From Girardia tigrina (Eukaryota), in contig MQRK01181505.1 in assembly GCA_001938485.1 (NCBI GenBank), positions 1-55,626 of the forward strand: a stretch of DNA of 55,626 nucleotides. Reading direction: 5' to 3'. The notes under the pieces are model-generated. The model was not told the DNA's origin. It saw only the letters and a list, made by a program, of their open reading frames with translations, and made no database searches. Positions 1-12,145 of the stretch are shown here, in pieces (the first letter of the stretch is position 1; the number at the start of each line of letters is the position of its first letter). The translations under genes were made by a program, and so were the position numbers.

Positions 1-145
1 ATAATACTTATATAATATTATAATAATACTTATTATTTTCCGCTGTTTAAATTGTTGATTTAAAAATTGTAATTTGAAAAAAAAAATTAAAAATCCAGAT
101 ATATATATTATATATATATATTATATTACAGTAATTGATTTTTAA

Positions 146-514
146 TTATAAAATCAATAAATCGATGAAAATACTTTCGATGATAATAATGATGATAAAA
201 CCGACCAAAGTGAAGATCAAGAAGCGGCATTTGAAATAAAAAAAAGAACTCTCCGATGATTTTAATAACGATTTAATCTCCACGCCGAGTGATGGCATTT
301 TCGAGGTCATTCCGTTCATGGCCAAATTGNNNNNNNNNNNNNNNNNNNNNNNNNNNNNNNNNNNNNNNNNNNNNNNNNNCGCCTGAGTCGAATTTGCGAG
401 CGTGGTCGATCTGATCGACCGATTGATAAAAAGTAAAATCACCCCGTGTAAGGTGACATGCGGTCTCGACACTTCGTTCACGTTACCAAGTGACCCGATG
501 GGAACTGTAACCAT
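146..514 (-). CDS. Possible 3' part of a gene with a C-terminal hydrophobic segment (spans an N gap)
   Basis: GC-richer than the flanks; the ORF ends in RFLIFTLVGFIIIIIIESIFIDLLIL; it shares the GSLGN motif with the adjacent 21-bp repeat; no family recognised. Confidence 0.25.
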   Translation of the reverse strand: MVTVPIGSLGNVNEVSRPHVTLHGVILLFINRSIRSTTLANSTQAXXXXXXXXXXXXXXXXXNLAMNGMTSKMPSLGVEIKSLLKSSESSFFYFKCRFLIFTLVGFIIIIIIESIFIDLLIL

Positions 515-570
515 GGTTACAACCGCCTTGGATCACTGTATCCGTTGCTAATGATAAACGTCCCTTGGTT

Positions 571-741
571 ACCGTTACCCAGTGACCCGGAACCGTTACC
601 AAGTGACCCGGAACCGTTGCTAGGGTGATCGCGACCGTTGCTAGGGTGTTCGGAACCGTTGCTAAGGTTATCGGAACCGTTGCTAGGGTGATCGCGACCG
701 TTGCTAGGGTGATCGCGACTGTTGCTAGGGTGATCGCGACC
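571..741. repeat. 21-bp tandem repeat, about 8 copies, running into an assembly gap
   Basis: Units ACCGTTGCTAGGGTGATCGCG / ACCGTTACCAAGTGACCCGGA; the minus strand reads GRDHPSN/GSGSLGN repeats. Confidence 0.9.
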
Positions 742-791
742 NNNNNNNNNNNNNNNNNNNNNNNNNNNNNNNNNNNNNNNNNNNNNNNNNN

Positions 792-1305
792 GGGGGGTAG
801 TGAGGGAGAATGCCCATTTTTACACTACTTACGAAGCCCACGACTACAGCCAAAGGTATGCTGAACCATTGCTTTACAATCCATAGGCCGTCGTTCTTCA
901 CAGGAAGGCGAAAAGATCTCGGAGACTGAAACCGTCCAACCCCGTTGGAGGCCCATCAGGGGCTGCTAGTGATTCTTTAGTTTGGGTGGACCCTCTAAAG
1001 AGCCTAGAGGCTCAATACCATTCGAAAGAGATGGGAATTCCCATTGGAGATGGGAACGTGTAACTTTGGTAAATTGTGTTAAGCCAGTTGGACATACCTC
1101 TATGTAGTTTCACTGGGATGGTAGGGTAGGACTTACAATCCACTATCGTAAAGGCAATGTTATTCTGAGCAGGATTGCGGAAAACACGTAATGTGATGGC
1201 CATACAATCTGATCGAATGCTTCGACAGGATACACCGACTCAGCTCCTGAAAAGCTCTAATAGCTATTAGTCTCGGTGGTAAAAGCTCGAGAGGGAGGAG
1301 GCCTA
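792..1305 (+). mobile_element. GC-rich interspersed repeat fragment (possibly a retroelement UTR)
   Basis: 935-1045 matches the reverse complement of 51950-52070 (CTGCTAGTG..TTTAGTT.GGGTGGAC.CTCT.AAGAG.CTA..GGCTCAATACCATT.GAAAGAGATGGGA). Confidence 0.5.
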
Positions 1306-1306
1306 G

Positions 1307-1551
1307 ATTGGAGATACAAATTGTCATTTCAAAACCTGGATTACTGACCATTCCCAATCAAGTCGATCAAGTAAGGTAAAAATAGAATCTATTCTGTTTC
1401 AAAGGATGAGTTGTCTGTTTTATATTTGGGCTTTGATACATACTATGAGCTGCAGTTCTGTGAATCATTATTGATAAGACATTAAAACCCCTTAATTAAT
1501 GTTCAAAATGAGCAAAGTAATGCTGTCTCAATTTTTAAAATCTTTAATTAA
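1307..1551 (+). mobile_element. Penelope-like element, decayed GIY-YIG endonuclease 3' fragment
   Basis: Translates IGDTNCHFKTWITDHSQSSRSSKV ... CESLLI ... NVQNEQS ... KIFN*; colinear with 25555-25866 and 6369-6460. Confidence 0.7.
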
Positions 1552-1635
1552 ATAACTAATTTTTTTATTAATATCGAAATATTAAAAAATGAAATACCTA
1601 CTGATAAAATTTCCCATTAATTAACATTAAATTAT

Positions 1636-1676
1636 AATTACTGGTGATAGAAAATGTGTTCCGAAACATATGCAAT
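1636..1676 (+). ncRNA. Degenerate minimal hammerhead ribozyme (Penelope-associated)
   Basis: CTGGTGA-t-AGAA..TTCC-GAAA-CATA-TG-CAATA; aligns with the intact motif at 6181-6225 but the core is mutated. Confidence 0.5.
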
Positions 1677-3098
1677 AGAACTTGTTAAATAAAAGACAAA
1701 TGTATAAAAACAATAAATCCTTAATTAAGTTTGATTATTTTTGTCACAAAGTTCTGTTTCGAAAATTGTAGATATGTTAAATATCTTCTTCATTTTTATT
1801 TTATTTACTGAACAACCTTGTTAATCATTTTAGCAAGCTTCAGAGAATCAACCTCAGGGTTAATTGAAACGAAATTTAGTTATTAGTGGAAATCGGTTGG
1901 ATATTTTTATTGAGGGTTAATATGGTTTGCTACTAATTATTTCAAATATTTTTTTTAATTCGTAATATTGATTTTTTTATTTTAAATCATATAGCGATAT
2001 TTTAATTATAATTTCATTGTTATATTTTTATTTGATCATAATTTAATGTAAGTGCTGATTATGGTATTCTTATTTTTCTTTATTACTAAGGTCGTAAAAG
2101 AGGATGTATTACGCTTTCGATTATTAGAAAACTATATATATTTAATTAGACATTCTAATCTAAAATTTGTCCTAAAAAAGAAAGTCAGAAATTGGTAATT
2201 TTACTTCTCTTGAGTATAAACTCTTGAGTATAAACCAAGTTTTCATTTTATTTGCATTAAAACTTTTATTTTTCCTTACTTATCAAAATTATCTAGAACG
2301 AAAAAAATGACTTCTTAACTAAGATAGAAAAGGCGGCCATTTCTCATTACATATTTAGATAATACAAACCGGTTTTACCTTTACGACATTACTTCAAAAA
2401 TTATTACATAATACGTTTCAAAAATCATGCTTTAAAATTCTTTCATATGATTGGATGAATCCCCTTAAACATTTAAACACCAATCCTATCATAATTTAAA
2501 TAAAAATTGTTTAAAATCATTTAATAATGTCTAATCGTATTATCAATAAATTAACTCAAAAACAGCCTTCCTTTGCTTTACATACAAAAATATCTCATTA
2601 CTTTAATATAATGAAATACACAAATTTATCATAGTTGTTGTTATAACAAAGGAATATTATTTTAATATTGAAAAATATTCTAAATATTTTCCAGTAAATA
2701 CTTCTACCCCTCAGTCATAAAATGGAACTAAAGATTTCAGTTTGATAATATTATAATTTCATGCTTAAGATTAATTTTAAGTAATTATTTTATAATTTTT
2801 CTAAAGGAATTATATATTATTCTTTTAATTACAATACCTATTGTTACCAGGTTAAAGAGCTTTGTAAAGTTAGGAAAAATTTTTATTATTAATTTCTTCA
2901 TAAGAGAAAAGAATAAAAAGTCCGTCTATTATGGTATCTAAAATTATTAAAAACGGTTCATGGACAAAACTTGGCTAGAAATAATATAGCCAAATTGGCT
3001 AGAAAGAATATGAAAAAGATAAATAAATATTTTAAAATATTCTCTTAATTTTTAATTTTCAAAACGTTTTTTATTTAAAATACAATAATAAAGTTTTG

Positions 3099-4018
3099 TG
3101 TGAGGAATATTTTCAAATGGTGTTTATTTTATGTTGCTGGTATGCTGCTTTAGAATTGTGTTTCTTCCACCCAGATGGAAGATTGCTATTTTAAATGTTT
3201 AACACATCTGATCATTTAATCAATTTAAAAATGTAAATAATGATTTTAAAATTAAATTAATAAATCATAAATTAAAAAAAAGTTTTAAAACTTTATTAAA
3301 ATAAATCATAATTAAAATTATTTTGTAATTTAAATAGTAAATTAATTTGAATTCGATAAACGTAATTTAAATATGTTTCAATAATAAGACGCTTAGAAAT
3401 AGAATTAAAAAATTATCAATCAAGAACGATGACGAGCTACAAAAGTTTTGTTAAGAATTGTCCTGGTGGCGATATGAGTTGCGATATCAATAAATGTCTT
3501 GAAAGACCAATTAGTTTTCTTAATATTTAAAAAATATTAATTTTCTTTTATTTGTTGCTAAAATTATAATTTATTATTGAATTTATTAAGAACACCAATT
3601 TGACTTTTCATATTTTTATTAACACAACATGTTTGATTGTCCTTAAGACAATCTTTGTCAAAGCTTTTGTACGAGTGCATTCTAAACTAAATTGATTAAT
3701 TAATTAATTCTTATTATTTTTTATCAAATGGAAAAATAAATAATTGTTAAAATATTTATTCAAAATTTTATTTGTTAAAATTTAAATGATTTTTAATTAT
3801 TTAAAAAAAATATTACTTCAATTTAATTACTTAAAATTGTAAATAAAATTAATTAACTTATTTAAAATCATACCATTATTTTAAATTAGAAATAAATTTA
3901 AACACTACATATTTTTAAACAATCAGAATTAAAATATTAATCATCCATCTGGGTAGGAGAGATACAATTCCAAATCAACATAAAACATTCAAACACAGAA
4001 CATCAAATATTCCTCACA
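3099..4018. mobile_element. Non-autonomous TIR element (MITE) with TGT...ACA termini
   Basis: Left end TGTGAGGAATATTT...CCCAGATGGA and right end TCCATCTGGG...AAATATTCCTCACA are inverted; no TSD seen; internal pieces recur near 5810-5890 and 9320-9400. Confidence 0.65.
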
Positions 4019-6066
4019 GAATTATTTCTAATTAACTTTACCAAAGTAAACCGATGTAAATAAATACAATTTAGAAGATCTTTGGAACGCAAATCAGATC
4101 AACAAAAATCAAAACTTGAATCTTTTATTAAATATGAACGCCATGAGATCAAAACTAAGTAATGGTCAATTCATATTTGTCTACCGAAAAAAAGTGGTAA
4201 CAGATTGAGGTAAAATACTATGGCGTTCATTTTGTAGAGTTTCCTCTAATTAAAAAGTGGTAAATTAAGTAAATAAATAAAATCATAAAACAATTTTAAA
4301 GCAATTAAAAGTAAAATTAAATAAAATAATTAAATAAAGAAAATTAATGAAAATTATCAAACATTTTCAAATATATGCGCGAATATGTATGAAAATTATT
4401 GAATATTTTTAAAGACATTGAATTGTTATCAATCGAAAATTCAAATTGTGGTTTGTTTAAATAAAGTAATTTAATCAAGGTTGTTTTCGCGATTGTGCAC
4501 AGTTTTCAAAAAAAATGTAATGTCCAAGAAAAATAAAAGTTTACGAGTCGATTTTCATTTCCAGCTGTTTGATTTTCCTTTCCAATAAAAATTAATAATA
4601 AAAATTTGAATTCTCTTAAACTTTCATGACTTTCGCTTTCTTATCTCTGCGCATTTAAAAAAGTAGAACACCGCTCAATCGATCTCCAATTATTTGACTT
4701 GATCATTAACAAAATGACCCCAACCAAACGACAGAAAATCGATCTGGTTGTCAGTGAAGAAGACTGTCAAACTTTCGTTAATGAACTCGAATTACTCAAT
4801 AAAACGAAATTTTTTTTCGAAGTTAAAAGTTTTATAATTTTCGGTCACTCACATTATCCGAAACGACTCCTAACAAAGAAATTTTCGATTTTCTCTGAGT
4901 TTAGATTTAATGTGGAGGCACGGTTTCCGTCTATTATCTCTAAACGTGTTCTTGGAATCGTCTACATAGGTGACGGAAAGTCTCCCTTTTGTATTTGACA
5001 TCATACCAATTATTTATACACAGATAAACAGCTGTCGAACACAGCAGATGATTTATAACAAAACATATTCTCATATTCATTGAATTTTAATATTATGGAA
5101 AAATTATAATAACAATCAGGATTTATTAATAACTAAACGTGTATATTGAAATTATCGTTAGAGAAGTAAATAAGTAAAAAAAATCCAATTTATTTTCGTG
5201 ACCTGCTTCCTTCCGACCTCTTAGTTTCGTTTGCTTACATTACGTCTCACTGTCGTTTGTGTACTAGGAGTCTAAATATACATTACTTGATGCATGGGTA
5301 AATGTATATTCCTTCTTTGTAATTAAATATATCAATACATGCGACATAATATTTAAAAAATTTTTATAAAAAAATCAATGATTCCTTAAAGAATACAAAA
5401 AGATTTGATTGTAGATTAGACAGAAAAAAAGCAGTTTCAGTGAAACGAAGATAACAGAATCAATAAAAAATTAACAATTAAAAGCAAAAAGAAAAGAAAT
5501 CAATAGAAAGAAGAAAAAGACACTGCTTCAAGACGCTTGTCCCTAATTCTATATTTACCCTTAAATCTTCTAATTTAAAAAGGTACTAAGATACAATTTT
5601 AATCTTAAAATTTTAAAACTGTTTAATTAATTAATCTAGGATTAAATGTTTAAATTTTTTTATTATCAAGTTTATCTAATTTTTTATTTCGTTATTATTT
5701 AAATAAATTAAATTTAAATAAAATGAATTTAAAATATTTTACTATGGAATTTTAATTTAAATTTGTTTGAATGATTTGTGGTTTAGAAATATAAATTTAA
5801 TTTATCAATCAAAAACGATTTCTAACTACGAAAGTTTTGTGGTGGCAATTCGAGTTGTAATGTCAATAAAAGTATTGTAAATCATAATTGATAAAGATTA
5901 ATAATAATTTCCAAATAATTTCCTTCAATAATTTCCAAATTAATCCCATTTATTAAAAATCATTGGTCAATCCTACCAAATACTGAAAAAAAAGTGCAAT
6001 AATATTAAAATTTTCTATGTTTTCTCTGGTAACGCCGGTAATTCATCTCGTATTTATTTATATAAA

Positions 6067-6067
<1 letters not shown>

Positions 6068-6113
<46 letters not shown>
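6068..6113. repeat. (TA)n microsatellite
   Basis: Uninterrupted TA run. Confidence 0.95.
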
Positions 6114-6117
<4 letters not shown>

Positions 6118-6180
6118 AGCCTTGAAAACGCAAGTTTAATATTTTGAAAATATAATTTGATTAAAGCTTTTTTACAAAAT

Positions 6181-6225
6181 TATTGGACATGTTTCGATGC
6201 TTACATACATCATCATCAGCAATTT
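6181..6225 (-). ncRNA. Minimal type I hammerhead ribozyme with an intact core
   Basis: attg-CTGATGA-t-GATGT atgtaa GCATC-GAAA-CATG-TC-caat: stem I ATTG/CAAT, a 5-bp stem II, palindromic ACATGT stem III and a GUC cleavage triplet. Confidence 0.8.
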
Positions 6226-6779
6226 TTGAAAATTTAGTATTTAAATATTTGAGTAAGTACAATATTTTAATTGTTCTTAATAATATTATTTTAAAAGTTA
6301 TATTAAGTTTAAATAGAATATTTTTTAATATATTTTAAGTATTATTGTGTAATAATGGCAAAAATATTTTAAGTAAAAATTTTCAGTATTGAAATAACCT
6401 TACTTTGCCCATTCTGAATGTTAATTAATGGGTTGTAGTCTTATTAGTAGAGATTCAAAAAACTGTTTTCCATTTATTTGAGAGGAAACTTTGAACTTTG
6501 GATGTGACAGAGACTACCTTGGCACTACTTATTTTTCTAAAAATACTCTTCTTAAACGCTCTAAATCCTTCAGAATATGGGATTTTAATGATTTGTTTGT
6601 ATTCTTCAGTATTTTCTTTTTTTAATTGTTTTTTAATTCATGTATCTGTATAAAATCTGTCTAATGTTATCCTAATGTTGTGTTCTATTTGCCTGTTTGT
6701 ATACATATTGTCCCTCAAGCGCCCTCTAAGAATATTTAAGCCCTGATTTGCAATTTCAAAACTGGATGACAAATTCCAT
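6181..6779 (-). mobile_element. Penelope-like element 3' fragment with an internal deletion
   Basis: Minus strand reads WNLSSSFEIANQGLNILRGRLRDNMY...IKIPYSEGFRAFKKSIF...KVQSFLSNK (RT-EN linker), then ESLLIR...IQNGQSKVISILKIFT* (stop at 6369-6371), then a hammerhead motif. Confidence 0.75.
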
Positions 6780-7433
6780 GTATATATATAATTTTAAGAT
6801 TAATAAAAACGGAAAATATATTGATTTTAAAAATATATTCTTGTTTTTTTAAAAAATCTTTTCGAAAACCATATTTAAAGAAAGATTTGCTATAATTTTA
6901 GGTAGAAAATCATTTAGGAAGAATTTATATTTTTAATAAATGGTCCTTCAAATTTTAAATCACAATTTTCCCTAACACTATTTCATGGGAGTCTCCCACT
7001 AATCCTAAACATAAGTTGACGATTTTTTTTAAAGAGACAATTAATAATTTCTAAAAATCTCAACGATTCCAAGATTTATTTACCTGGTTATTTAAAAACC
7101 ATTAGGTACATTTTAAAAAATAAATAAATATTTTTCAACGATTAAAAATATTTTGAAATCGTTTTAGTATAATGAAAAATAAAATCTAAATGTTTGTTGC
7201 TTGACCTAAAATATTTTTAAAATAAATCACAACTATCACATTATAAAAGTCTTTTATGATATTATTAAAATTATATGGTTTTCTAGTAATAACACATTTC
7301 TATTTGACTTCGAGACAATTCTGAATATATTTTCCACTATTTGTCATCGTTCCTATTTTGCAGTTTACTTTGTTCTTGATTATTCGAACAAAATTGCGAA
7401 AATCAGAAACAAGTGTAAATATTTGCGAATATC

Positions 7434-7833
7434 GGTTTTCTTATTTCTGGTTTTAATAATGATTATTTGAACAATTTTTTCTAAATTATTTTTTAAAATA
7501 TTTAACCTCTACAAAATATTAAATAAAAATATTAATTTTTACCATTTTTCAATATACCCCAAAATAATAAAAATGACATCAAATTATTAAAAATGCATTT
7601 AATTTAAATTTTACTAAAAATTATTAAACTTAATTTTAATTCTGAAATTAAATATATGAACTTATAAAATGATTATTTTAATTATGTTCGAATAGTCAAT
7701 CACTTTAAATTTAAATAAAAAAATACCAATTTCCATCTGGGTGGGAGAATCACCATTCTAAATTCAACATACTTAAATCAACATACAGCATCCATACATT
7801 TACACATTCAAACAATTTAAAATATTCCTCACA
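7434..7833 (-). mobile_element. Terminal ~400 bp of the TGTGAGGAATATTT family
   Basis: Near-identical inverted copy of 11757-12145; sharp end at ...AATATTCCTCACA. Confidence 0.8.
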
Positions 7834-9563
7834 ATAGTAATATGAAATATATTTAAAATTCCACACAACCAAGAATCAGTCATTCCCCATGTAACAAAAA
7901 TAATTTTCCTTTAATACACATCGTATGCAAGGTTTCCTGAAATACAAATCTTGGAGCAATTAAAAGATTGTTGGTATTTCTATCTTTGTACTGAACTCGA
8001 CCAATATAACAGTTCTCTAATATGTCAGCGTTTCAAACGATGAATGGTAATTAAGTCACCAGGCTAAGTCAAACAACATTCACACGAATTTTATCCTTTA
8101 ATGTCCTGCTTCTGAAACATTTAGGACTGGTAGGAGTTCGATGGAAACTCAAATTCACATATTCTTTCATATGATAGAAATAGTTTCTTCATCAATACCA
8201 GGGGCAGCGCCGCCATTCAATTAATTTATGATTATATTTTTTAAGAGAATTATCGATCTTAACAATTATTATGGACTGGGAATGCCAATGATCTTAAACG
8301 AAGTTGTACATTGACCTTTAGATCTTCGATGAGGACATAAAGTAGATATGATACTGGCTGTAAACTTCTTATAACCCAGCAGTGCTTCTTTTAGCTAACG
8401 AAAAGGAAAATTAAATACTAGAAACAGAAACCAAGAATCATCACAAATGTTAAATTGAACGCTCCGGAACTGTTGTTGTAGGATGTCTCGGATAGAGGCA
8501 ACCGAAGACCAACTTTGTGCTTAGTTCTCTGAGGCTCTCAGAAATAATACTCACCAATATGTGAAGAATGAGTGAAACCTAAGCATCATGTTATCCTACA
8601 CAACATGATATACGAACAATACCGGATAAGAGAGTTCGCTTCAGCTGGTTGCAAATGACACGACTAAATGAGATTTTGATAGTCAATGAGCGCTTCTGGC
8701 TTGGTTGCCACTCAAAAGAACTTGTTCCTATATATACTTCGAATTTTGAATATTTTATAAGCGAAAATTATTTCATTTTTATTAAAAGTTTAATAAATAT
8801 ATCAAAATTTCAATTTACTTATTTTTACATTAATATTTGATATTTATATATTTATCATTTGCTAGAAAATTCTACGAGCTATTTTCACAGAGAGTTTTTA
8901 AAACATTCAATTAACGGAAATTAACTTTCTGTGGTCCTTGAAATATAAATTCTAGAAAATTAATAAATTTGTAAATTAATAAATTAATAAAAATAACAGC
9001 GTTAGGGAAACGTTAGATAAAATTATTTTTTAACAAACTCATTAGGTTAAAAACCCTTTTTAGATTAATTAATCAACTATAAATATTTACTTTAAAATTC
9101 AAAATCATCATATTAATTAATAAATTTTATTCTTGACATTTTATTTTGTTTATTAATTAATTTATTAATATTTTATTTGTCAATTTTTTACTATTGATTT
9201 TAAGAACCCATTTTTATTTAATACTTTGTTTAGTCAATTTAAACTATCACAATCATTTATATAAATACTTATAAAATATATTAATAATTTTAAGAATATC
9301 AATATGATTTTCTACACTTTTATTATTATCACAGTTTGAATGTCTTTGGGACAATTCTCAGTAAAACTTTTGTAATTCTACATCTAACTAAATTGCTAAG
9401 ATTGTTGATAATAAATCGTTTTACACCATAATTCGAAAAAACTTTCATTTTATAAATTTAAATTATTTTTAATTATTTTATTTGTGATATTTTTACTTTA
9501 AACATTGTGCAATTTAATTTTAAAATTTAATTTTTTTTAATTGTAAACAATTTAATTGACGAA

Positions 9564-10130
9564 ATGGTTCAAAAGGTAATCAAAGGTAGTTCGACGGTTA
9601 TGGCGTGTGAAATGAAAAAGTTCATAAACAATCAATTGATGAGTGAAGTGCAATTTGAAATCGGTCCTGAGCGGAAATTGTTTTACGGTCACAAATGCAT
9701 TTTAACTGCGCGCTGTGAAATATTCAAATCGATGTTTGTCGATCAAATGAGTTGCAAAGACTCCGCAAGTCCGTTAATGTTACAAGAAATGAAGCCGAAT
9801 ATCTTCAAATATTTACTCGAATATCTCTAGACAAATCAAATTAAATTAGAAAAATCTTCCGTTAATGAAACAATTGAATTACTCGCCATTACGATGGAAT
9901 TTGGATTCGAGAACGGGAAAATAGTCGAGAATGTTCGTGTTTCTACGACAATCGTACGATCAATCAAAATTGTCGATTGGCTCGAAAATCGATCGAATGA
10001 AATCCGTGACTGACAGAAGAGATTGGAAGTGTCAGTTGTGTGTTAGTCGATCGATTGTGAGAGACGGGGACAATGGTCGCTACTGTTGCCAATATCACAC
10101 AATGTTGCCGGATGATGTGATCGATCGGTC
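9564..10130 (+). pseudogene. BTBD19: BTB/POZ domain protein (BTBD19-like) pseudogene
   Basis: KFINNQLMSEVQFEIGPERKLFYGHKCILTARCEIFKSMF...LLEYL*TNQIKL...IELLAITMEFG resembles BTBD19 (SLVNNPRYSDVCFVVG...FAHRCLLACRC...LEFLYTNSVKL...EYG); TAG replaces the Tyr of YLYTN; the BACK region is deleted or frameshifted. Confidence 0.75.
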
Positions 10131-11354
10131 TCATGAGCCATTCGAGGGCTCGATTAGTGTGTGGCAATCTCGTTTTTCTAGACCGAATCGAGTGCTTCTT
10201 GTTGATCGAGCGTCGCTGTTTACTTGTCAGCCGTGATGTAAGAAAACGCTTCTTTCCGATATCGGCGCTTATTATCGGAGTCAGGTTCTTTACAAGCTGG
10301 AATCAGAAAACTCAAGAAATGTTACTACTGAATTTGACCCAGTTCATGAAGAAATATATTGGTCATCTAATGTCGATGACAATAAATGCTATCAATGGTT
10401 TCCAAATCCTATTGGAGTTTCAACGATGGCTTTAATTTCCGAAGAATTGGTTATTTATAAAAAAACGAACTGATAATTCAATATCTGCGGCGACAATAGA
10501 GCGAAAAGGAAAAATTCTCAAACCGATTATCAAAATCGAAGGCAACTATAAGATAATGATGAAAACCAATCCGAAAAAGGAGCTCCATCGTCCCCAAAGC
10601 CGACAAGATCGCCATATGATAAATTATTTTTCCTCCCCCGACCCAAATACTGCCACTCAGCACCAGAGTACCGAAGCCTTTATATCGCTGCACTCGCTCT
10701 CGCACCAACATCTTTTATTTAAACTAATTTTAAATCTAAAAAATAATAATTTCATCAAATCGTTTAAAAATTATTCCGATTTCCTATAAAAACCCATTCG
10801 ATATTGTTGAAAAATTATTACTATATCCATAAAAAAATTTACTTTTCAAAACAAATTAATTTTCTACATAAATATTTATTAATATTATTAATTTAAAAAA
10901 GAAAATAAATTATTAAATAACTAATTTCTGAGATCTGTCCGGATATTTGGAATCGTGTTGCAAGTTGAAGAAAACAACAGATTTCCTCAAATAGAAATTC
11001 CCAAAAAAATTATTAATTATTTTTAATTATTATACAGAGGGTTTCTGTAACAGAAACAGATTTATGCGTGAAGAGTTCTCGGTATCTATGGCAACGAATT
11101 TAGAATAATTATCTTTGGCTGACGTGACCATGCCAATTTCTACTGAGTTTACAGAATGGTTAGACTTTTACTATCCGTATTTCACATATAGATTCATCAA
11201 AATAATTATTAATAAATAAGTTTTAATGGATTCCTTTAATTAAATATTTTGTCAGAATTATAATAAAAAGGTATATAAAAAGTTTTTTCAGAGAAAGTGA
11301 TTTTTTTTCAAATGTTATTATCATTTCGGTTTAAAAACAAACATTAATATTTAT

Positions 11355-11395
11355 TACGATTAATTTCGACGGATCAACCGTCAACATCAGGCGAA
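11355..11395 (-). ncRNA. Degenerate minimal hammerhead ribozyme
   Basis: ttcgc-CTGATGT-t-GACGG ttgat CCGTC-GAAA-TTAA-TC; perfect stem II, palindromic ATTAAT stem III, A9 changed to U. Confidence 0.6.
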
Positions 11396-11463
11396 AAAAG
11401 ATCAATACTGATAAACTGACCTTTATATATCGAAGGATTTTGTTTGCGTAACAATAATATTTA

Positions 11464-11516
11464 CTAGTAAAACCGTCATTTATGAAGGGTGAGCTGAATT
11501 TTTGTCCTTACAAGTT
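11464..11516 (-). mobile_element. Helitron 3' end fragment
   Basis: Reverse complement GACAAAAATTCAGCTCACCCTTCATAAATGACGGTTTTACTAG|T matches 18684-18730. Confidence 0.65.
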
Positions 11517-11533
11517 TATATTTACAAGTATTT

Positions 11534-11756
11534 TGAATGATTAAAATTCAATTTTGAATTTTATCTAAAAAATCATGGAATCAATTCCGTGAAATCATTC
11601 AAATTCATTCAATTTTGATTTTTTACAATTCAATTTTGAAATTTTATCATTCCATTTTTAAAATATATTTTTAATATTGAATTGTAAGAAATCAAAATTG
11701 AATGATAAATTTCGTGATTTTTTAATTAAAATTAAAAATTGGATTTTAATCATTCA
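11534..11756. repeat. AT-rich foldback (palindromic) element
   Basis: TGAATGATTAAAATTCAATTTT... and ...AAAATTGGATTTTAATCATTCA are inverted, with inner arms TCATTCAATTTTGATTT / AAATCAAAATTGAATGA. Confidence 0.7.
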
Positions 11757-12145
11757 TGTGAGGAATATTTTAAATTGTTTGAATGTGTAAATGTAGTGAT
11801 GCTGTATGTTGATTTAAGTATGTTGAATTTAGAATGGTGATTCTCCCAACCAGATGGAAATTGGTATTTTTTATTTAAATTTAAAGTGATTGACTATTCG
11901 AACATAATTAAAATAATCATTTGATAAGTTCATATTTTAATTTCTCAATTAAAATTAAGTTTAATAATTTTTAGTAAAATTTAAATTAAATGTATTTTTA
12001 ATAATTTGATGACATTTTTATTATTTTTGGATTTATTGAGAAATGGTAAAATTTATTATTTTTAATTAATATTAATTAATATATTTAAAAAAATGACTTA
12101 GAAAAATTATTCGAATAATCATGGTTAAAAAAATAAGAAAACCAA
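11757..12145 (+). mobile_element. Terminal ~400 bp of the TGTGAGGAATATTT family
   Basis: Inverted near-identical copy of 7434-7833. Confidence 0.8.

Noticed and set aside
571-741. CRISPR-like array, or the plus-strand ORF VIATVAR repeat as a protein
   Set aside because: There are no unique spacers and the context is eukaryotic; the ORF is a by-product of the 21-bp periodicity and crosses a gap
9828-9830. TAG recoding or an alternative genetic code
   Set aside because: The downstream region is also frameshifted, and the intact SH3-SH2 and PDZ exons need no recoding
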